Below are positions 1-9,250 of a stretch of 64,000 bases of DNA, in pieces. Below the pieces are notes generated by a model. That model was not told where the DNA came from and searched no databases. It saw nothing but the letters and a program-made list of their open reading frames with translations. The DNA comes from Setoptus koraiensis (Eukaryota; Animalia; Arthropoda): the NCBI GenBank assembly GCA_048013815.1, contig CM106585.1, positions 23,870,001 through 23,934,000 on the forward strand, given 5' to 3'. Within the stretch, counting starts at the first letter, position 1; every line of letters begins with the position of its first letter. The translations under genes and the position numbers were made by a program.

Positions 1-140
1 TCTCAATTTTCAGAGCTCTAGCTTCAACTTTATGTAAAACCGGAACCAGAAGTTTCCGCACTTCCATGATGTGGGGCCCCTGCAGGGCCCGTGTGTCAAG
101 TTTTGTGATGATCAGCGCTGGGACCTAATCGCAAGAAAAC
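1..140 (-). mobile_element. Partial copy (A) of a dispersed non-autonomous repeat family (HINE/Helentron-like); runs off the window edge
   Basis: TCTAGCTTCAACTTTATGT at 17-35 is identical to 1741-1759. GGACCTAATCGC at 121-132 matches 1859-1870 and, inverted, 1067-1078. Confidence 0.6.
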
Positions 141-850
141 CCCATCTATCAATGAGGACCTTTAGAAAGACATATTTTCAAGTGGCAACTACATCACTGC
201 TTCCGTGGATAGTAGCATGATGTTCATGCATGAATCAGTTCACGCATGCGTATAAACAACAATTCTGAAGAGTCCGCCAAAAAGCTCCCCTAACATCAGT
301 TTGCGGTTCATACGAGTTGGCGGCTATTATCCACAAGCGAGCCATTGGCAGCCAATGGATGATAGTGAAGGCGCCGGCGCAAGCGAACACAGAGACCGAT
401 ACAAATTAGACGGTCAGTCGTCGACCAATTATACACCGACGTGTGCATAATGGCCGACTCACAAAGACAATAGCGAGCCTCTAGTTTAGCCATTTAGTTG
501 CATTGCTCATGATTCACATCGCGTCCACAACAGATGCCGGGCGGCCGTTAATATCGACACGGTCGTGTTTGCCTAATATATCCAACATATCTAATATATC
601 TGTCAGACACACAGGTCTCATTCTGTAGGCTTCGCATGTCAGCGGAATTAAATATACACGCCAGATATGCGCCGCGGCTCCCATGTTATACATTCAATGT
701 ATTACGCAATGGCGCTCCACATATCGGATCTATTATCGCTCCACATATCGGATCTATTGTCGCTCGCTGGCCGGCGCCTCGACTATTTTATCGGCTGCGC
801 GGCCGGAATCCGGTGGCGCGCACAGGCGCGCTCGAAGGCTCGCTTCCTCC

Positions 851-1275
851 TTTTTTAGCGCTTAATTTTAATTATTAGCGCTTAATTTTAATTAAGTTGC
901 TATTGGTTTGGTGTTTATTGCTAATCTATTCACGTGACAATGTTATCCTATGGAGGTTTGACTTGGTCAAATTTGTGAGAATCCTGCTAGACATTACACA
1001 TGTATTCCTATGTAGATTCGACTTGGTCTATTATCGCTTCACTCGAAAAATATTTCGGGTGTTGTAGCGATTAGGTCCCCACTCGGATTTCGATGAAACT
1101 TCACACAAGAGCCCTGTAGGGGCCCCATACTATGAATTTTGTATTCCGGATGCCAGGAAACTTCCGGTTCCGGAGATACAAAAATATCGAGATAGGGCTC
1201 CCAAATTTCAGAATTATATAGGAGACACCTAGCGGAGTATAATGGCATCAAAATTAATTTTCTATGACTTCCGGT
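851..1275 (+). mobile_element. Copy B of the modular HINE/Helentron-like repeat (no internal tandem array)
   Basis: Starts with a T-run plus imperfect hairpin, TTTTTTAGCGCTTAATTTTAATTAAG (20-bp internal duplication 855-874/875-894). Perfect mini-hairpin TTTGAC-TTG-GTCAAA at 957-971. 1061-1080 is the exact reverse complement of 1857-1876. 931-974 is an inverted, diverged match to 8292-8335. The family label is inferred from architecture only. Confidence 0.55.
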
Positions 1276-1659
1276 TCGGTGGATAAAGAGGTTCAAGCTG
1301 AACCGAGGGTGTGGCCGGGTCTGTGCGGTTGCGTTCAGCGGACTCATTCTGTGCCACGTATGCGCAGCACCATGCATTATCGTATTCTCCTGCCATTCCA
1401 AACATCTGTGTCTGGATTGCAGTCATGTGAGCGGAGGGTAGAGGGCGCAGCCCGATACCCGAAGCGCTCATCAACCCTACCCGAAGGGTTCCCGTCGCAC
1501 GCAGTCGTCGCGGGAGCGACGACGGAGATGTGACGGCCTCCAAATCACGAGGCCGGAGGCCGAGTTCTCAGACCTATCGCAGGTTCATACCCGAGTGCAG
1601 CGAAGCTGAAATTCGTCAACTTCCGGTCTTCCAAACCTATAAATAAGCCTATATCTTGA

Positions 1660-2345
1660 GAACCGGAAGTCTCACAGAGCTGAAAAGTATGCCATTCTGT
1701 TCAGCATTCTCTGAAACGTCGGTCTGGTGAGTTTCAGATCTCTAGCTTCAACTTTATGTCAAACCAGAACGGGAAGTTTCCTGGCTTCCGGAGTAATTTT
1801 CCCGTCTTATTTGGGCCAAGATGAACCTATACCGGAAGTTTCATCAGGATCTGGGTGGGGACCTAATCGCTACAACAACCAATATTTCGTATGCAATCTT
1901 ATGGAGATTTGACCTAGTCGAATTAGTGAGGAGTTCGGTGGTGACAATTCGAACTTCAGAATTCAAAATTCGAATTCCTGGTGACAGTTCCATCTGCCCG
2001 TTCGACGTTGGATGGTCGGAGTTCGATGGTCACAATTCCAAGGTCGAACTTCGAAATTCGAAATTGAAAATTAGAATTCCTGATGAGAGTTTCATCTGCT
2101 TCGTCGAAGTTCGATGGTCAGAGTTCGATGGTCAATGTTCGATGGTCACATTTCGAACTTCGAAATTCGAAATTGAAAATTCGAATATCTGATGACAGTT
2201 CCATCTGCACGTTCGATGTTCGGTGGTCAGTGTTCGATGGACAATGTTCGATGGTCACATTTTGAAGTTCGGTGGTTAACAGGCTGTCATAAACTTTTTA
2301 GAATCCTTCAACAATACTTGTCCACACAAAAAATTAAGCGCTCGA
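1660..2345 (-). mobile_element. Copy C of the modular repeat, carrying a ~105-bp tandem array
   Basis: Inverted homology to copy B: AACCGGAAGTC at 1661, GGGGACCTAATCGCTACAAC at 1857-1876, hairpin-like TTTGACCTAGTCGAA at 1908-1922, degenerate end motif AAAATTAAGCGCT at 2330-2342. Confidence 0.5.
1933..2277. repeat. ~102-109-bp tandem repeat, ~3.2 copies, rich in TTCGAA and GTTCGATGGTCA subrepeats
   Basis: The anchor GA(C/G)AGTT(C/T)CATCTGC recurs at 1983, 2085 and 2194. Confidence 0.9.
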
Positions 2346-4092
2346 AATACTGATATGATCAGTATTACTTGTTTCCTTCCTGAAAATCTCGGTCGGCCGG
2401 CGATTCCGGCGCGACTGGCCGGCGCAAGCCGACGCAGCGCATACAATGGCACACTCAGACACAGAGAGACACGGTCGGCCATTTTCACCCAGGTCTGTCA
2501 GGCGCGTCTCGATAATTGGTGACTTCTTTGCGTCCATTTCCCCGTATTTAAATAAGCGGTTTGGCCAGCGCCGCCGCTGCCAGCCGGCGGCCTGTATCAC
2601 TGTTGTGCACTCCTTCTGAGGGCCCTATGTAGCGAAACGTCAAAATTATATGCATACACATAATTGATGATGCTGGCCAATTGACTCGGCTCGAGATTCT
2701 CGGCTCGAGCAACATGTTGGCGTTGCCTGCGAACAGCCATGGGTGACCAATCGCTCTCTTGACTGCTTTCGCTCTCTCGGAGTTCTCGCTCGTTGTCGCT
2801 TGCTGCTGCCGGCAGACGTAACCGACCTTAAGCCGACCTAATCTTTTAGTCTGCATACTAAGATTAGTACCATGCTAAGCAGCGACATAGCGAAGAAAAG
2901 ATTTGATAATAAAAGTTTTCAACAACAACATGTTGCATCATTGACGAGAGTAATTTTGTTACACTGATACTAGCAATAGCAACGCAGAAACTTTTCATGT
3001 TCATTATTATGTGGTGCTTACTACGAATCACTGTTAGAATCATGCAATGTGCGAACGAAAATTGAACAACTATCATTTCTTAAAAGTTCAGAAACAAATC
3101 TTGATCATACCGGCAAAACAAATTCGCATTTTTCGTTATTAGTATGCTTTATTCATGTCACAGATAACAAGTAATTGTAACCAGCAAATAATTGCCCTTG
3201 CAATCGGGTATTACGACAGCATGTACACTGTGCATAAGTCTTGGTTGATGAAAGAATTAGCTTCGACTAACTAAATAGATTTGTCACGTCAGTGTTAAGC
3301 TCGGTTGATCCACAGGAAAGTCTGGCATGATGAGAGATGTCGAAGTTGGCCAGACTAACAATTGTAAGTGGCAGTCAAATGCGTAATTGCACTATCAACT
3401 GATGGATAATTCGATGAATTTTCTTACGTTTCAGTTAGCTCAATCTCCATTGGTTTCGCTTGCACGTGAAACATGATCAAGTACACTAGCCTGTGCCACC
3501 AATGTGTTCCTTATTTGTAAACTCATGCGTTCCCTGCCAGAAAATTACAAGTGTTACAACCTACACGATACGTTGTGTGGTTGCTATCTTTATTCGAGCA
3601 CAATATTACAACTGCTTACTACAAGTGCTAGAGAATACTAAATGCTAACGACATTAGCGATCTGTCGCTTTATATACATATTTTACATGGGCGTATTTCA
3701 GCGTGCTCGTCACACGTCCCCGTCCCTTTCTTGTGATACGTTGGTTGATTGAGATTCATTTGTTGCTAATAATTGATCTAGCTTCACCTTGACAACATTG
3801 CCTGGATCGTACATCCGTTTGTCGCGAGGCACTAAGCATACAATTTGAGGCTCCAAAGTATTGTTAACAGCCTTAGCTACATTGTAGCGTGATAGTGTAT
3901 AGTACTGAAACATGACTAGCTCGACTTGTTCCAGAGGTTTGCCTATCTTTGTAGAAACACTTCGGAACATTGGATATAAGCTGTCAATCCCACTACATGT
4001 ATGTGTAAGTATAATTTCATCATGATGTTTCACAACAAAAGTACGTTGACTTATCCTGACAGGCAGTGAACTCTTATCACGAAGTGCGTTGT

Positions 4093-4851
4093 TTATCCAT
4101 AGTGGTTGAGATTCTGTTCGTATCGGACGGCTTTCTTCAATTTTGCTATATCAGTATAGCAGGCTGGTTTCAAATAATTCCTGTATTTCTTTGACATGTT
4201 TTGTACGATAATATCAATTGATCGTTCTTCTGAAATGTTGCCTATCATGCACCACCTTCTTAGCTTCTCAATGAATTCTATCGGGTCTTCATCATGTTTT
4301 TGTTTTGTACCTTGAGCTTTAGAAACCCAATCACATGGTTCGAAACGTCTGAAGGACTTGTTGAAAATTTCAACAAACTGGGACCATTCGCTTATTTGTT
4401 TTAATATCACTCGTTCAGATAACCACTGAGAGAGATCACCTCTAAAAGATTGTATCAAATTATTTATCATTTCTTCTTCATTATATCTATTATATTTACA
4501 CGCAAGGGTATAATCTGTTAGCCAGTGTTCGGCATCTTCATCTTTGCCACTGAACAGAGGCATTTTCATAATTTTGAATCTTGAATTGTTTGTATTGGTG
4601 TTCCTGTTTGTCAGAATGTAATCTAATAATTTTTCGTAATTCGAATTGTGACTTGTTGAACTGGAGTTCGGTTGATCATTCGCTCGATTTGCCTGATTCT
4701 GACTATGGTTTGTCTGTTCTTCATTATCGGGCATTTCTCGTGACAAATGATATTCAGCTGAATGATCCAGCTCATGACTATGACTCATTAAATTCTTAAT
4801 ATCTCGTATTTCTTCGCTTAAACCTTTGACGATATCAAACAGAGATGTCAT
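4093..4851 (-). mobile_element. Ty3/gypsy-type retrotransposon Gag (capsid NTD+CTD) ORF, 252 aa, no recognisable pol
   Basis: N-terminal coiled-coil-like segment, then MPLFSGKDEDAEHWL (capsid NTD F-x-G...WL), WSQFVEIFNKSF, KQKHDEDPIEFIEKLRR (Q-x-x-x-E capsid CTD motif) and a terminal helix LKKAVRYEQ. The frame stays open 28 codons upstream of the ATG. Confidence 0.85.
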
Positions 4852-5420
4852 TTTGTTTGTCAGATCGACGATCGGGTCTTCAACAACGTTATCACTAGGA
4901 TAGGGTAAATCGGTTCTGAACCTAAACAGTTCTGCTTATGACAAAACTTTGAAAACTCTGTAGTGAGTTATACTAATCAAAACGATGATTTTGAGACACA
5001 TTTGTAGTCACCGAAAAACCGAAATTCAACGGTTTTTCTCGATAACAACCGATTTTCACTACATTTTGTATAAAAACCGAAAAAAGAGCAACTCACACTC
5101 AAACTTACTCGTCAGAAGAGCAGATATTACGCACAACAGTAGCGCGACGCGCCAGGCGCCTGATTGTCTGACAAGTCTGTGAGTGCGTTGCTATGCAGTC
5201 GGTCACTTTGTGACGATTGTATTCTGGAATCGGTTACATGACAGATGAAGGATTAAAACATTGCTTATGCGTTGTTGTATATCTGAACCGATCAAAGACG
5301 TTACTCAGGATTGAGTATTTGTCTTCGATACTTGCTCATTGTTGATCTATCGCTCTTACACAATTTCGAATTCACCGACATTCTATTAAATCAATTAATT
5401 GTTTGGCTAAATAAATCATT

Positions 5421-6809
5421 ATGCCTCGACCAAAAGTGTCACTCAAACAGCGACTTGACAAGTACACCAAGAAATATACAGAGTTTTTGGTCGATGGCCA
5501 GAGTTTATTCTGCAAAGTATGCAGATTGGGTGTGAAATTTGACATCAATCACATTCAGTCAAGATTGAGCGAACATTTGCTATCAAATATTCACAAGAAG
5601 AATCTCGCCGAAAGAGCGACTCAACCGAGGATAGAAGATACTTTCGCCCACACCGAGTATATACAGAAACACGACTTGGAGTTCCGTCACAAATTGTGCA
5701 CTGCGTTAATAAGTGCAGATATCCCTATTGAGAAATTGAACAATCCTATGTTTAGGTCATTTTTAGAGAAGATTTCTGGCTGTACGATACCTTCCGTTCG
5801 AAGTACACGAAGATCGACCGAATTTATTTATGATTTAATCATCAACAAGATCAGAACCACCATTGGCAATGATAATGTTTACATGATAATTGATGAGACC
5901 ACGGATATGATGGATCGCATGCAGGTGAATGTTCTGATTGGCTCCCTAAATGGAAAGCCGAACAAACCTATGTTGGTTTTTGTTGACTATTTAGAAGTGG
6001 CTAACGCTCATGAAATGAACCGATTGTTCTTAAGATGTTGTCGGCATATCTGGCCAATGGACGACGTACCGTACCAGAGAGTACAACTGATCATAACAGA
6101 TCAAGCTCCTTACATGGTAGCATCAGTGAGGCTCATGAAAGCGGTGACACCTGAAGCTTTTCATGTGACATGTGTGGTACACGCTTTGCATCGTGTCGCG
6201 GAGAAGATCAGAGAGATTCATCCAATCACTGATAAATTTTTAGGCCAGTTCAAGGAGATTCTCAGAGGCAACAAGAGAAGATTAAATGATTATATCAGAA
6301 AGACTGGCTTAGTTCAGCCACCCAAACCAATCATCTCGAGGTGGGGCACATGGTTGTCTGCTGCCGAGTATTTTTCCAAAAATTTCAACAAGGTTAGAGA
6401 GTATCTGAATGAATTAGATGGTGAAGCCAAGTGCATCCAATTGTGCAAAAAATTGATCAATGGCAATCGTCTCAGAAGAGAGCTCTTTAGAGTTTCAGAT
6501 TATTTCTATCTCGTAGGTATCATTGAAATGCTAGAGGGTCAGAATAGACCATTAGAAAGCACCATGAAGCTTGTTGGTGAAACATATGAGAAGTTGTCAT
6601 CCGATAGATTGGAGCCAATAAGGAAGAAAGTACAATATAGGCAAGAGTTTGTGTCGGCGCGCCACTGCCCATCGCTGGCGAATGGCCAAACAGTGGCAAC
6701 AATGGATAGATGGAGGATAATTCGTGGAATCTATTGCATTCGCGATATCCATTGTATTCGTGCCATCCAATGTATTCGCGATATCTATCCCGCTTCGAGT
6801 GAGCCGTGA
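5421..6809 (+). mobile_element. hAT-superfamily (CGGBP1-like) DNA transposase, truncated after about residue 403; the last ~59 residues are read from inserted sequence
   Basis: BED-type zinc finger (FCKVC...HLLSNIH), ADIPIEKLNNPMFRSFL, first catalytic D (IIDETTD), second D (IITDQAPYM), CxxH (CVVH) and RW motif (ISRWGTWL). The C-terminal catalytic E and hAT dimerisation domain are not present. Confidence 0.85.
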
Positions 6810-8288
6810 GCGCAAAAAGAAAGACTCGCACAGAATTTCCGCGACGGAAACGAATTTGGCCGTTCGCGCTGAGATGCTTCTTTTCGCGGAACAAGTTTCT
6901 CGTTTCGTTTCCGAAGAGAGGCACTGGCCGGCGAGCATAGCGTCGTCCGAGCGAATCCGCTTCGGACAAGCGATCGCTGCAAGATCGCCCGTCGCAAGCA
7001 CTGACACGCGCTGGCTAGGCCCGCCGGATTGACGGATGTGCGCCCATAAATGGCTTCGGTGGGAGGCGCGCGGCAACAAAGCGCCAGAGATAAAAGTATC
7101 TCGCTCGCTACTTTTATCCGGCTATCTGCTTATGCGAGCAGCTTACGCGTTATAAGTTGTGTTATAAGTTGCGTGTGCACACACACACAATTCACTACAC
7201 AACTTATTTGGGCTTATATAATAATAAGCCGGGCCATCAGTGACGAAGATGAGCAGCAACAACAGCAACTGCGGCAACAGCAACAACAACAGTCTAGACA
7301 ACAGGAAGGCGGCCGGCTTTTCCGAGTGGCTCGAGACGCCAGACGGCGGCGCGAACAAGTTGGCCTTTGCCGAATGTAGATTGTTGTTCCAAGACACACA
7401 ACGGAATTATTTGTGGTCTCTCGCAAGTCAGACTGATAAATGAGCCAGCAAACACACCACCGCCGAGCGCCGCCATATAGACGCCCGCTGGCAAGACTGC
7501 CGCCGCCGATGTTTGCCTTGGCTGGGCTCGTTAGCAGAGTGTCTTTATTGCTCGTTATCTCACTTCTGACTCTTGTGAGTCACAAGTTAGCTGACACTGC
7601 GAGCCGGTCGCCGGCAACGGGTACGAGTGTTGCGCTACTCGCGCATTACGTGTATTGTGCGGCGGCGGCAGCAAGTTGCAACAACGGCAACAACAAGTTG
7701 CTCGCAAGTAATTGTTAGCCAGGCAAGGTTGCCAGCGATAGTCGGCAATGGAATTATGCAAGCGCTCGCCTGGCGGCGAGTGGCTGATCAAGTGAGTGTC
7801 AATCGGCCAGTGACTAATTAGCGAATTGGCGTCTCTGGCGGCGCGATCGTCGCCATCGGATTATCTCTTCTCTGGGGCTTCTTCTCCGCCGCTGACTCAT
7901 GCGCATGTTGCATAACACACAGCACAGAAGTCGACTTTGTTGGCTCTCGACTGGCTCTTGCGTCACACGACAACAAGCCGCTCGCTGTGCTCGCTCCAGT
8001 GACTCTCGACGGCGCTTGTCCGTGGCTCTGCTCGTGAATGGCAACGCGGAAGCACGATAATTCGCAGAATGAGGAATCACTACAATAGCTGGCTCGTGTA
8101 CTCGGCGAGAACTCGGCGAGTTCGCACTGAGAAGTCGGCACTGAGCACTGAGAAATCGTCGCCGACAACTGCTCTCGCACACAGGCTAATCCACTGGCGG
8201 CCCGGTCGCCCTGTCAGATTGGCGTCAGCTGACTGGATGGTTTAAACTAGACAGATTAGCTACTTAATTAAAATTAAGCGCTAAAAAA
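6632..8288 (-). mobile_element. GC/CpG-rich insertion interrupting the transposase; copy E of the modular repeat family
   Basis: Abrupt shift in composition at ~6635, where transposase similarity stops. The right end 8257-8288 (TAGCTACTTAATTAAAATTAAGCGCTAAAAAA) is the reverse complement of the copy B terminus. A 10-bp perfect hairpin lies at 7089-7118. The left boundary is approximate. Confidence 0.4.
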
Positions 8289-8289
8289 T

Positions 8290-8906
8290 CAAAATTTGTC
8301 TAAGTTGAATTCCCATAGAGATAACATTGTTAACGTTAAGATACTTTAACACAGAAAAATCAGCTGCTATGCTGTAATGTCCTAGTTACAACGCATTTAG
8401 CTTCCCGTGCACTGAATCAGAATTGTAGACAGCTAGCCTTCTGCTGTGCTGAATTCATCTATTTTACATCTCAGTATTGAGCGTGCTACACTCGTCTAGT
8501 TTCAGCCACATCAGCATTGACAGTGCTGAGAAGCAGTAGTTATTCTGAATAGTATCTACTGTTCTACAATCTCCTAGTTCCAACACCTCTAGCTTCCAGT
8601 GCACTAAATCCGAATTGTATACAGCTAGCCTTCTGCTGTGCTAAATTCATCTAGTTAGCATCTCAGCTTTGAGCGTTCTAATCGCGTCTAGTAAGTGAAC
8701 GCGCATAGCATTCTATGTGCTAAATTCAACTACTCAACATAGTAAGCTTTGAGTGTTCTAAATTTACCTAGTTTATATCTCACAGTACAGCTTTCACCGT
8801 GCTATTTTTTCCTAGTTGAAAAAAGCACTGATTTGTTCTACCCGTACAAACGTAGAGCCCAGAACCACATCAATAGCTACTTAATTATAAAATTAAGCGC
8901 TAAAAA
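8290..8906 (-). mobile_element. Copy D of the modular repeat, carrying a 38-39-bp minisatellite; head-to-tail with copy E
   Basis: 8871-8906 repeats the T-run/hairpin terminus. 8292-8335 matches 931-974 inverted. It abuts the copy E terminus at 8288. Confidence 0.55.
8379..8815. repeat. Diverged 38-39-bp minisatellite with a ~192-bp (5-unit) higher-order repeat
   Basis: CAGCTAGCCTTCTGCTGTGCT at 8430 and 8622. G(T/C)G(C/T)T(A/G)...CTAGTT recurs every ~38-39 bp. Confidence 0.8.
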
Positions 8907-9032
8907 GGCATCTCAACAAACACTCGTTGCCATTGTGCTGCTCTGTCTAAACATACTTATACGGATATAAATACAATAACAACAACGGCCAAGCTAGCCA
9001 GCAACAAGTGCTATAGCAGGCGATACCTAGCG

Positions 9033-9250
9033 TCGCTAGATCCAAGTCCACCCCATAAGTCCGAAGTCCGACGACCCAGTCCACCCCGCAAGTCCGAAGT
9101 CCGACGACTCAGTCCACCCCGCAAGTCCTAAGTCCAGCGTTCAAGTCTACTCTGCACACGACTTGGACTTGAGTTTTTCGACTTATAACCGCCAAGTCCA
9201 GTCCGATTTTCGAGCTCTTTGAATTTACAAGTCGCAAGTCCCCATCCCTA
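9033..9250. mobile_element. hAT-like MITE remnant with AAGTCC subterminal repeats and one recognisable terminus
   Basis: The right end CCCATCCCTA (9241-9250) is the reverse complement of the Ac-like TAGGGATG terminus. There is a 33-bp internal tandem repeat at ~9057-9130 and inverted GACTTGGACTT at ~9160. The 8-mer ACCTAGCG occurs at 9025-9032 and 9250-9257. Confidence 0.5.

Noticed and set aside
2870-4090. Zinc knuckle, protease or RT downstream of gag (e.g. ALVVSSCNI, ORF 3710-4033)
   Set aside because: Only faint resemblance, no intact catalytic motif, and multiple stops in the frames I translated.
8379-8815. Leucine-rich-repeat-like peptide on the minus strand (LEVLELGDC..., LMWLKLDEC...)
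   Set aside because: Many units are 38 bp, so the frame shifts, and stops are frequent; a non-coding minisatellite explains it.
851-8906. A single ~8-kb composite TIR transposon bounded by the inverted termini at 851 and 8906 (or 8288), carrying gag and transposase
   Set aside because: No target-site duplication is visible, the same terminus occurs twice in direct orientation (8288, 8906) and again at 2342, and the internal blocks fit independent copies better.
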